Notes under the pieces: generated by a model
Databases searched by the model: none
Told to the model about the DNA's origin: nothing
The model's input: the letters and a program-made list of their open reading frames with translations, nothing else
IMG/VR virus record: IMGVR_UViG_3300025889_000071
From: a virus
Lineage: Duplodnaviria; Caudoviricetes
Length of the DNA stretch: 64,000 bases
Reading direction: 5' to 3' (one strand)
Part shown: positions 20,201-27,257 of the stretch, in pieces
Position numbering within the stretch: the stretch's first letter is position 1
Layout of the letters: every line of letters begins with the position of its first letter
Program-made: the position numbers and the translations under genes

Positions 20201-22334
20201 AGGATCACTATTCAAGTCACAAAATTCCACTGCATGGGAATCAAGTCAGTGGGAGGATCTCAAGTTCAATTTATATGTTGCCAATTTTGCCACTAGTGGA
20301 ACGGTTGAATTCTATAACCCAATCCTCTCTGATGCTGATGGCTATGTTCCTACGTTAATGAAAGATTCTGTGGTTGTAAATTCTAGGCAAGTACGAATTG
20401 GAATTGGATCAACTTTACAAGATGACAATATCCGCATAGGAAATACGGTAACGCAGGATGGAACTAGTGCTTCAGGAAATTTAAAAGGATTTGCTGGCTC
20501 TATAGACGGAGCATTTTCTATTGTCAATAGTGGAATTGGTTATACTCCCAATTCCGGATCTTTTACATTTACTGGTGTTGCAGTAACTGCTGTTACTGGA
20601 TTTGGAAGAGATGCCACAGCAGAAATTACCGTTACTGATGGTGTAATCTCTTCAGCAACTGTAACAACAGGTGTTGAGGGAACAGGATATCAAGTCGGTG
20701 ATGTTCTAGCTGTTCCAAAACTTGGAAATGAAAATGTTGGAGAAGTTGGAGCTAATGGAAGACTTTCAGTCGTTTCTATTGCTGCTACAAATATGCTAAT
20801 CCTTGATGATGTTCAGGGAGATTTCCAAACTGGAAGTTTTAATTCAGGAATTTCATCTGTTCGATATGATACCATTAAAGATGGTGTAGGACTTTCTACA
20901 ACATTAAATGGTGCAAATGATGTTGGTGGTGGTGTATACATCGATAATATTATTACGGTCAGTGATGGTTTGCATCTTAAAATAAACCATAAAAATCATG
21001 GTATGCACCATGAAATTAATAGAGTTGCTTTAAATAATGTAATTTCTGATGTGTCTCCAACAAAATTAAGTGCAGCGTATTCATCTTCTTCAACCGATTC
21101 TATTTCAATTGATGATAGTTCACAATTTGGAACATTTGAGAATGTTTCAGTTGCATCATCTATGCCAGGTTATGCTAGGATACAAAATGAAATTATTTCG
21201 TATACTGGAGTTTCTGCAGGTCAACTTACTGGTATTACTAGAGGAGATTTGCCTGGAGATTATCCCTTAGGAACACCAGTTGAAAAGTATGAATTTCATG
21301 GAGTTTCTTTGAGAAGGATAAACAAAACACATTTACTTAGTGATGTGGATAAAACAATTATACCCAAACCCATTACATTTGATAGTTATCATGTAAAACT
21401 TGATATGGGAATTGATGGAACCGATAGAAACACCAATGAAAACAGCTATCCAAAACTTTATCTCACAGAAACTTCTAGTGATGGTGGACTTATAACTAAT
21501 GCATCACAAAATATGCCTTTTGAAATTATTAAACCAATGGTCCAAAATATTTCTGTGAGTGGAGCATCAATTAAAGCTTCAATTAGAACAGTCTCTGGAA
21601 CAAATCTTAATGATGGATCTGGAACTGGATCTGATCTTCCTTTTGTAGTTCAACCAAGAGTTCCTGTTACAATAAATGAAGTAAATTATCTCGATAATAC
21701 CAGTATTATTTGTTCTAGAAATAATGAACTTGAAAATGCATCAATTTCTCAACTTCCAGGAGCAAGATCATTCAATCTTCAATTACAGTTAAATACTAAT
21801 AATCAATTAGTATCTCCTGTTATTGATCTTGAAAGGATAAATGTTGTGTTAACCTCTAATAGAATTGATTCGCAAATTTCTGATTTTAATACTGATAATA
21901 GAGTGAATACTTTATTAGAAGATCCATCTTCTTTCTCTTACATCACAAAAGAACTTCAACTAAAAAATTCATCAACTTCCATTCAAGTTCTTCTCGATGC
22001 ACACCTCAATGTGTTCTCGGATTTAAGAGTGTTTTATGCTATCAGTGATAAATCTAATTTTGAACCAATATTCATTCCCTTCCCAGGATATGATAATCTT
22101 GATCCACAAGGAAATATAATATCTTCACAAAATAATAGTGGTAGACCAGACAGCCGTGTTTCACCATCATCATATGGTTCATTTGAATCTCTTGATTTGG
22201 CCTTCAAGGAGCATAAATTTAGTGTTTCTAATTTGCCATCATTCAGATTCTATAGAATAAAACTGGTGGCAGCATCATCCAATCAGGTGTATGTCCCCAG
22301 AATTCGTAACCTAAGAACCATTTGTTTTGCATAA
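14226..22334 (+). CDS. Large virion structural protein, DUF4815 / VrlC-like (2702 aa)
   Basis: Seen: 'NLNVSPYFDDFD..KNYHKILFKPGYPVQARELT..QSIIQNQI', 'NNYAAPGADRFK', 'KRYRMKDI..LENRIKNLEYYTSLSLLE..' and 'DPIAQTF'. Recognised as the conserved post-gp8 protein of T4-like cyanophages; family name from memory. Confidence 0.8.
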   Translation: MAQQTNLNVSPYFDDFDADKNYHKILFKPGYPVQARELTGVQSIIQNQIDRFGQHVFKDGAKVIPGNWSYYSNYPGIRINNTHLGVPVSLYTDQLVGKRIIGQTSGITAIVDYVLPPELSSTGDTVLYVQYASSSATDKESDTFLDGEFLNLQSDVITTELNDNFIPQGESFASTISSNSNITGSSFSINDGVYFIRGYFVDVQSERILLAENNADVERFNVRIGFRILEEIVTSDFDESLTDNAKGFNNYAAPGADRFKLSVSLAYKSLTDSNDADFVELARVENDTLQEIQKYTEYDHLADEFARRTFEESGDYFVKDFDISVLESLNNGNNGGIFYDGETTYSGGTPNPSTAIYKISPGCAYVRGYRIDRTSPTYLDIAKPRTTKELTGQSIEYNTGATFKLNRVKGAPTIGIGNTYIVSLRDQRIDPRAAGLGTDPVLPNKEIGIARVYDFALEGGSYDTTDGDINQWDITLYDIQTFTDIKLNEPITLSVPTHIKGKYSGATGFLRSPVSAGTAMTVYDTKGDFVLNEPFIFDGVENSRIGVGLTIHKLSDAKSIIGGAGLLGDVGSGVSFTADIMLSRIGYNIGLGTITSSSISNSVTSYHLFGTLDPDGNPGVSTFIAENMNGLLNNVEVNDIIRYTTTGSNGGSDVPDGGRTWYNRVVKIVRTEEDTETAPSPGLAGMGSFGRYGQHLLVTPIPNIPGRVEATGPTVNNIASGRNPYGFVGHSGRILGGTNATWNVQDAVILKSPLISSTNNTLYTKIPKNNISDVTLDDAQLVIRKTFDVTIADNQLSSALVAGDNETFEPFDEEDYILIRTDGDDGGTEVLTEDKFEITSGGKSLQIRNLSDTGGAAKLIATLRKVKPTSKIKIKNKINTIVIDKSNDVGSGAGSTTLNDGLTYGNYPFGTKVQDESISLNVPDVVEVLGIFESKDTSAPSAPKLTLNALTGPSGTTDDLIIGEKVFGQTSKAVAIVASKLSSNQIECLFKTDVKFEIGEVLRFQESSVRALPSALDETSKNISSHYLYNSGQTGSIYNYSSIKRKPGFEKPKKQIKVYFSNLYFSSSDDGDIVTARSYSTGIDYAKDIRTVNGIRNTDIIDIRPRVSTYGVEVDKRSPLEFFGRTFNQSGNSAANILASDKSILIDYTFYLGRIDRIYLSKTGAITVQKGDPSEHPKKPVSIDEALELGFINLPPYLYSSRQAKVSFLEHKRYRMKDISKLENRIKNLEYYTSLSLLETNTENLFVPDDEGLNKFKSGFFVDNFKTNLNQEGSIPLKNSIDIGNSELRPRHYTNSVDLEIGPVDGVSPDTDARWSIPEGTNIARSANNLLTLSYNELLWKTQPFGTREESVTPYLIDVWYGRLTLDPSSDTWVDTVRIDAKVIQVEGNYNDTIAILGADPQTGLGPIIWDAPETVWTGTRTNSFSVQRTEVGNFSIDTDLETNINTSQDALRAGQTTTVNGSVSSTFEVELSGTETVFEDTITETFNTGTETRNGVRALITERYDQESQGDKVVSRELITFMRRRNITFIGSQLKPQTKLYAYFDGVKVDKYVTPKLLQVEMISGVFQVGETVATDIVPGTYTNPYIKFRLARPDHKEGPFNDPSRTYTSNPYTTVVSTSTESYYDLAARSELNAIPSSYSSTSDILNIDLLSLSSRGNGFFGYASVGMILKGQTSGAIARVTAKDLITDIASTIYGDLRIPNPNFASNLKFETGSKVLTLTDNPNSFSSFNKTSAQAEFVSSGTLETVQEEIISTRNAQVRYQELQTSRTVEEFVGSDVVTEVVSTTNFTDNGSTTSNDTFSLQIPPGAQGATGAQGATGATGAQGARGGTGGGGRAFWNNFDPRTQTGFHNVPVRWNNGGGGGGDPIAQTFLCEEPSGLFLTSLDVFFSQVDPDGIPVIFQLRNVVNGYPESNVFIPGSEVYIEPSEIQVSPDGSIPTRINLPGPVYLSPGKEYALILMSASTSYKVLISRVKENDLITDEFVSTQPTLGSLFKSQNSTAWESSQWEDLKFNLYVANFATSGTVEFYNPILSDADGYVPTLMKDSVVVNSRQVRIGIGSTLQDDNIRIGNTVTQDGTSASGNLKGFAGSIDGAFSIVNSGIGYTPNSGSFTFTGVAVTAVTGFGRDATAEITVTDGVISSATVTTGVEGTGYQVGDVLAVPKLGNENVGEVGANGRLSVVSIAATNMLILDDVQGDFQTGSFNSGISSVRYDTIKDGVGLSTTLNGANDVGGGVYIDNIITVSDGLHLKINHKNHGMHHEINRVALNNVISDVSPTKLSAAYSSSSTDSISIDDSSQFGTFENVSVASSMPGYARIQNEIISYTGVSAGQLTGITRGDLPGDYPLGTPVEKYEFHGVSLRRINKTHLLSDVDKTIIPKPITFDSYHVKLDMGIDGTDRNTNENSYPKLYLTETSSDGGLITNASQNMPFEIIKPMVQNISVSGASIKASIRTVSGTNLNDGSGTGSDLPFVVQPRVPVTINEVNYLDNTSIICSRNNELENASISQLPGARSFNLQLQLNTNNQLVSPVIDLERINVVLTSNRIDSQISDFNTDNRVNTLLEDPSSFSYITKELQLKNSSTSIQVLLDAHLNVFSDLRVFYAISDKSNFEPIFIPFPGYDNLDPQGNIISSQNNSGRPDSRVSPSSYGSFESLDLAFKEHKFSVSNLPSFRFYRIKLVAASSNQVYVPRIRNLRTICFA

Positions 22335-22340
22335 AGTATT

Positions 22341-22568
22341 ATGAGCGATTTAATTAAGGTGGAGGGTCATGCAAATTTGAGACGTGACCCTCATACAAAT
22401 TCAATTATCAATACAGATAAATCTGGATATGATCAGTATATTGCACGTCGCAATAAAAAAAACGAAGAAAAACAAAAATCCTTGCAAATGGAGGAAGAAG
22501 TTGCTAATATGAAAAAAGATCTAGATGAAATTAAAACCTTACTAAGGAGATTAACTAATGGATCCTGA
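22341..22568 (+). CDS. Conserved small phage protein with C-terminal coiled coil
   Basis: Seen: 75-aa ORF, 'KVEGHANLRRDPHTNSIINTD' followed by a heptad-like tail. Function unknown. Confidence 0.75.
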   Translation: MSDLIKVEGHANLRRDPHTNSIINTDKSGYDQYIARRNKKNEEKQKSLQMEEEVANMKKDLDEIKTLLRRLTNGS

Positions 22569-22734
22569 ATCAATTCAACTGGATAATATCAATAAGCAAT
22601 TTGAATATTTTAAAATTTCTAAAGAAGTTGATAATATTACTTGCATTGATTCTCTTAAGAATATGTTAAAAGCATATATTAAGTTATACTATAAGCAACA
22701 AGAGGTATTAACCAACATGGCTAAAATGCCATAA
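22558..22734 (+). CDS. 58-aa helical protein missed by the ORF track (possibly NblA-like)
   Basis: Seen: AAGGAG RBS 8 nt upstream of ATG 22558; MDPESIQLDNINKQFEYFKISKEVDNITCIDSLKNMLKAYIKLYYKQQEVLTNMAKMP*; it fills the gap before gp13. The NblA resemblance is inference only. Confidence 0.7.
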   Translation: MDPESIQLDNINKQFEYFKISKEVDNITCIDSLKNMLKAYIKLYYKQQEVLTNMAKMP

Positions 22735-22758
22735 ATATTCAAAAAAGAGTCCATAGAT

Positions 22759-23601
22759 ATGGCGCAACCATCCACAAAACAAGAGTTAATAGATTATGCA
22801 AAAAGAAAACTGGGAGCGCCAGTTTTAGAAATTAATGTTGCGGATGAGCAAATTGATGACTTAATTGATGATGCTGTTCAATTTTTTCAAGAACGGCATT
22901 TTGATGGTGTATATCCTGCATTATTTAAATATCAAATAACAGAAGAAGACATAAATCGAGGAAAAGCAAAGGCCCCGACAGGTGTTGGTATCGCTACGAC
23001 TTCTGCCACAGAAACAATTGTTGGTACAGCAACAACTTTCAGTTATTATGAAAATTCAAATTATTTAAAAATTCCAAATTCTGTAATTGGTGTTACTAAA
23101 ATATTTCATTTTGATGGATCTAATGCTGTTTCCAGCAATATGTTTAGTGCCAAATATCAATTATTTTTAAATGACGTTTATTATTGGGGTTCGACAGAAC
23201 TTTTATCTTATTCAATGGTAAAAACATATCTTGAAGATATTAATTTTTTACTTACTACACAAAAACAAATTAGATATAATAAGAGACAAGATAGACTTTA
23301 TTTGGATATTGATTGGAATACGGTAAATGCCGGAGACTTTTTTATCATCGATTGTTTTTCTGTTTTAGATCCAAATTCATATTCTGAAGTATGGAATGAT
23401 TCTTTTTTGAAAAAATATGTGACTTCACTGATTAAGAAACAGTGGGGCCAAAATTTAATTAAATTTCAAGGCGTAAAACTTCCCGGTGGTGTGGAGCTTA
23501 ATGGAAGACAGTTATATGATGATGCTCAAAAAGAAATAGACGACCTAATGGAAAAAATGTCAAATACATACGAACTTCCTCCATTAGATATGATTGGTTA
23601 A
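22759..23601 (+). CDS. gp13: Neck protein gp13 (head-tail adaptor)
   Basis: Seen: 'ELIDYAKRKLGAPVLEINVADEQIDDLIDDAVQFFQERHFDG' and 'WGQNLIKFQGVKLPGGVELNGRQLYDDA', typical of T4-like gp13. Confidence 0.93.
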   Translation: MAQPSTKQELIDYAKRKLGAPVLEINVADEQIDDLIDDAVQFFQERHFDGVYPALFKYQITEEDINRGKAKAPTGVGIATTSATETIVGTATTFSYYENSNYLKIPNSVIGVTKIFHFDGSNAVSSNMFSAKYQLFLNDVYYWGSTELLSYSMVKTYLEDINFLLTTQKQIRYNKRQDRLYLDIDWNTVNAGDFFIIDCFSVLDPNSYSEVWNDSFLKKYVTSLIKKQWGQNLIKFQGVKLPGGVELNGRQLYDDAQKEIDDLMEKMSNTYELPPLDMIG

Positions 23602-23605
23602 TGCT

Positions 23606-25027
23606 ATGCTAAATCCATTTTTTCTACAAGGGTCGCAAACAGAGCAAGGTCTGGTTCAAGATCTCATAAATGAGCAATTGAGAATGTATGGTGTAGAAGT
23701 ACATTATATTCCTAGAAAATATGCAACTGAAAAGACAATAATCCAAGAAGTCATTCAATCAAAATTTGATCAGGCTCATCCTATTGAGGCATATGTCAAT
23801 AATTATGAAGGGTATGGTGATAATACAACTATCCTTTCAAAGTTTGGTATACAAGCAACAAATGAAATTGAATTGATAATTTCTAAAGAAAGATATGAGC
23901 AATATATATCACCATTACTCAAAGATAGGTCTAACGTAAAACTAACTACTCGGCCAAAAGAAGGAGACTTAATTTATTTTCCACTAGGCGATAGGATTTT
24001 TGAAATTAAGTTTGTTGAGCACGAAAAACCATTCTATCAACTTAGAAAAAACTATGTTTATGTTCTGAAATGTGAACTATTCAGAATGGAACAAAATGAT
24101 ATCCTCGATACGGGTATTTCAGAAGTTGATGATGTTCTTACAGGAATCTCAACAAATTTAGACGATGGTTATGTCTCATTTGGTAGTGTACAAACTTTAA
24201 ATATGGTTGGTGCAGGAGTGACTGCAACTGCATCCATATCTCAAGTGTTAAATGGATCAATTCAATATATTACAGTCACTAATCGTGGTGGTGGGTATTC
24301 AAGTGCACCAACAGTTGCTATATCCTCTGCACCTTCTGGAGGAACTACTGGAATAGCAACGGCAGTGATGATTAGTGGTATTGTTGTATGTACAGACAAT
24401 ACTAATCCTAACGCAAAGTCTGTTCAATCAGTTAATTTAGTTAATCCTGGTAGTGGTTATACCACTGCACCTGGAATTAGATTCATTGGAGGTGGTGGAA
24501 GTGGTGCAGCTGCGACTTCTATGATATCTACAGGTTCTATTGGTCCAATTACAGTTTCGAATGCTGGATCTGGTTATACTGTTGCCCCACCTGTCACGTT
24601 TACAGGAATTTCCACAGTATCAGCCGCTGCCACTGCGGTGGTGAGTTCTGCAGGAACAATTACTGCAATTAATATTACAAATACTGGTACTGGATATACT
24701 GAAGCACCAACGGTCACCATAGGATCTCCATATTTGTCTGGAATTGGAACTTATATTTTCAATGAAGTTATTACAGGTTCTACTAGTGGAACAACAGCAA
24801 GAGTTAGATCTTGGAATGTAAATACTAGTGTTCTTGAAATTGCTTCTGCTAGTGGAGAATTTGTTTCCGGAGAAACTGTCGTTGGTGAAGATTCTGAAGC
24901 ATCTTATATGATAAGAACGATAACTGAATTTGAGGCATCAGATGGATTTAGTAGTAATGATGATATAGAGACAGAAGCTGATGCAATTATCGACTTTTCA
25001 GAGGGAAATCCTTTTGGTCAGGCATAA
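23606..25027 (+). CDS. gp14: Neck protein gp14 with an inserted G(S/G/T)GY(T/S)xAP repeat region
   Basis: Seen: 'EQGLVQDLINEQLRMYGVEVHYIPR', 'PKEGDLIYFP', 'FVEHEKPFYQL' and C-terminal 'IIDFSEGNPFG'. ATG 23606 preferred over TTG 23594. Four GxGYxxAP repeats in the middle. Confidence 0.9.
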   Translation: MLNPFFLQGSQTEQGLVQDLINEQLRMYGVEVHYIPRKYATEKTIIQEVIQSKFDQAHPIEAYVNNYEGYGDNTTILSKFGIQATNEIELIISKERYEQYISPLLKDRSNVKLTTRPKEGDLIYFPLGDRIFEIKFVEHEKPFYQLRKNYVYVLKCELFRMEQNDILDTGISEVDDVLTGISTNLDDGYVSFGSVQTLNMVGAGVTATASISQVLNGSIQYITVTNRGGGYSSAPTVAISSAPSGGTTGIATAVMISGIVVCTDNTNPNAKSVQSVNLVNPGSGYTTAPGIRFIGGGGSGAAATSMISTGSIGPITVSNAGSGYTVAPPVTFTGISTVSAAATAVVSSAGTITAINITNTGTGYTEAPTVTIGSPYLSGIGTYIFNEVITGSTSGTTARVRSWNVNTSVLEIASASGEFVSGETVVGEDSEASYMIRTITEFEASDGFSSNDDIETEADAIIDFSEGNPFGQA

Positions 25028-25029
25028 AG

Positions 25030-25037
25030 TATAAATA
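25030..25037 (+). promoter_or_regulatory. T4-type late promoter TATAAATA (gp15)
   Basis: Seen: exact gp55-type consensus in the intergenic gap, 28 nt before the gp15 ATG. Confidence 0.85.
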
Positions 25038-25065
25038 GAACTTATTGGCCCTCTAAAGTGTAGAA

Positions 25066-26070
25066 ATGTTTGATTATTTTTATCACGAAATTTTTAGAAA
25101 AACAATCATTGCTTTTGGAACATTATTCAACAGCATAGAAATTAGGCAGACAAATTCTGCAGATTCTGTTGTTAATATAATGAAAGTGCCTCTTGCATAT
25201 GGGCCCACACAGAAGTTTTTAGCAAGACTTGAGCAATCTCCGGATTTAAATAAACCAACTCAAATGACACTACCAAGAATGTCATTTGAATTTACTGGTG
25301 TTACATATGATCCTTCTAGAAAAATTACCGCAACTCAACAATTTGTTGTAAAAAATCCAAATGATGGATCGGACGTTAAGAAATCGTTCATGCCTGTTCC
25401 ATATAATATGCAGTTTGAATTGAGTATTATGACAAAACTCAATGATGATGCTTTGCAAATAGTTGAGCAAATTCTTCCATATTTTCAACCAGCATATAAT
25501 CTATCAGTGACTCTCGTAGAATCTGGAATAAATGAGAAAAGGGATATTCCCATTGTTTTAGAAAATGTCACAATGCAAGATGATTATGAGGGCGATTATT
25601 CTACAAGAAGAGTTCTTCTTTACACATTGAGGTTTAGTGCAAAGACGTATCTTTTTGGACCTGTTTCTTCTGCATCCAAGGATATTATCAAGTCTTCAAC
25701 AATCAGTTATATTACTGGTACAGATACTACAAATACCACAAGAAATCTTTCTTACACGGCCGTCCCAAGAGCAATTAAGAATTATAGTGGTGATGTATTA
25801 ACCAATCTAACATCAGATATTGTAAAAACAGACACATCTATTGAAGTTGATGATGCAAGTTCTATTACAAATAAAACGTATCTTGATTTGGAAGGAGAGC
25901 AAATATTTGTCACTCGAATTGATGGCAATACTATGACAGTGGAAAGGGGTAAAGATGGCACTACTATTACAGATCATCTTCGTGGTGCTCCGATAAAACC
26001 AATTACAGCAACCGATAATGCACTTGTCGAATTTGGAGATGATTTTGGTTTTGATGGTACTATAAGTTAA
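25066..26070 (+). CDS. gp15: Tail sheath stabilizer / terminator gp15
   Basis: Seen: 'YFYHEIFRKTIIAFGTLFN', 'KVPLAYGPTQKFLARL', 'LPRMSFE' and 'QIVEQILPYFQP'. Confidence 0.93.
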   Translation: MFDYFYHEIFRKTIIAFGTLFNSIEIRQTNSADSVVNIMKVPLAYGPTQKFLARLEQSPDLNKPTQMTLPRMSFEFTGVTYDPSRKITATQQFVVKNPNDGSDVKKSFMPVPYNMQFELSIMTKLNDDALQIVEQILPYFQPAYNLSVTLVESGINEKRDIPIVLENVTMQDDYEGDYSTRRVLLYTLRFSAKTYLFGPVSSASKDIIKSSTISYITGTDTTNTTRNLSYTAVPRAIKNYSGDVLTNLTSDIVKTDTSIEVDDASSITNKTYLDLEGEQIFVTRIDGNTMTVERGKDGTTITDHLRGAPIKPITATDNALVEFGDDFGFDGTIS

Positions 26071-26083
26071 GTAATTAAAAAAT

Positions 26084-26512
26084 ATGACTAAAAAGTATGA
26101 AGATTTGAGCGATGCTTTTAATGTAGAAGCAGAAATAGTTCCTGAAAAAGAAAATGACATGAATGTACCTGTAATAACACCTGATGAAAAAAAGATTTCA
26201 AATGATGTTCAAAAAGATTATGAATATACGAGAGGAAATTTATATTCGATAATTGAAAAAGGTCAAGAAGCAATTAATGGTATTCTTGAGTTAGCTCAAG
26301 AAACGGAGCAACCAAGGGCATATGAAGTTGCTGGTCAATTAATTAAAAGTGTTTCAGATGCGACAGATAAATTAATGGAACTTCAGAAAAAACTAAAGGA
26401 TGTTGAGGAAGATAAAGGTTCAAAAGGTCCAACAAATGTTACTAATGCACTCTTTGTTGGTTCTACAGCAGAATTAGCTAAACTCTTGAAAAAACAAAAC
26501 GAAGATAAATAA
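26084..26512 (+). CDS. gp16: Terminase small subunit gp16
   Basis: Seen: 'DYEYTRGNLYSIIEKGQEAINGILELAQETEQPRAYEVAGQLIKSV..ATDKLMELQKK' and 'TNALFVGST'. Follows gp15. Confidence 0.9.
   Translation: MTKKYEDLSDAFNVEAEIVPEKENDMNVPVITPDEKKISNDVQKDYEYTRGNLYSIIEKGQEAINGILELAQETEQPRAYEVAGQLIKSVSDATDKLMELQKKLKDVEEDKGSKGPTNVTNALFVGSTAELAKLLKKQNEDK
26504..26511 (+). promoter_or_regulatory. Late-promoter variant GATAAATA; also at 27193; AATAAATA at 33374, 52408, 55304, 57190, 62055
   Basis: Seen: recurrent NATAAATA just upstream of starts. The AT-rich background lowers specificity. Confidence 0.55.
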
Positions 26513-26531
26513 CTAAAAATACAAGTGTGTC

Positions 26532-26864
26532 ATGGCAGCAACATCGGTAAATTTAACAATAGATAAAGGAACCGACTTTGAGGCAACTTTTAATCTAACA
26601 AATAGTGATGAATCGATTGCAAATTTGGCAAGTTCTTCAATATCTGCAAAAATTAAAAAACATCCAACAGCATCTTCTTCAGTATCTTTTGCATCAACCA
26701 TAACTGAAGCAACGGGAAAAGTTATAATATCAATGGCATCCACAGTTACTTCAGAATTAAGTTCTGGAAGAAATTACTACGATGTTTTGTTGACTGATAG
26801 TGGAGGTTCTGTATCAAAAGTTATTCAAGGTATGGTTTTAGTTAATGATTCTGTATCATCATGA
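26532..26864 (+). CDS. Small beta-sandwich virion protein (BppU-N/Ig-like adaptor candidate)
   Basis: Seen: 'VNLTIDKGTDFEATF', 'GRNYYDVLLTD..G.VSKVIQGMVLV'. Fold and role are inference. Confidence 0.55.
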   Translation: MAATSVNLTIDKGTDFEATFNLTNSDESIANLASSSISAKIKKHPTASSSVSFASTITEATGKVIISMASTVTSELSSGRNYYDVLLTDSGGSVSKVIQGMVLVNDSVSS

Positions 26865-27190
26865 CAGAATACAACGTATCTTTAACAAGTTCAGAATATA
26901 GCATTTCTTTAGATACCCAGTCTTCTTTAACAGTATCTAGTGTTAGTATAGGAGCAACAGCTGTGCCTGCAAAATTTTCAGATCTTTCAGATTTTAATGG
27001 AGATTCAGTATCTGATAAGTACGTAATTATGTACAATTCGTCAACACAAACTTATGAGGCAGTCAATCCTGATGAAATATTTACAGCTGCTGTAAATGAA
27101 ACCTCATCTCCAGGAATATCTACTGTATTTTTAAATCAATTGGGAAGTGATTTAGATAATCAAATAGATGTTGATGCTGGGACTTTCTGA
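26861..27190 (+). CDS. Small putative structural protein upstream of the fibre gene
   Basis: Seen: ATGA-coupled to the previous ORF; 'FSDLSD', 'YVIMYNSSTQTYEAVNPD' and C-terminal 'IDVDAGTF'. Confidence 0.6.
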   Translation: MTEYNVSLTSSEYSISLDTQSSLTVSSVSIGATAVPAKFSDLSDFNGDSVSDKYVIMYNSSTQTYEAVNPDEIFTAAVNETSSPGISTVFLNQLGSDLDNQIDVDAGTF

Positions 27191-27257
27191 AAGATAAATA
27201 TTTTTAATGCCTGGTATATACTAGGTTTAAGGTAAATACCATCAATGAGGAAGTTGA

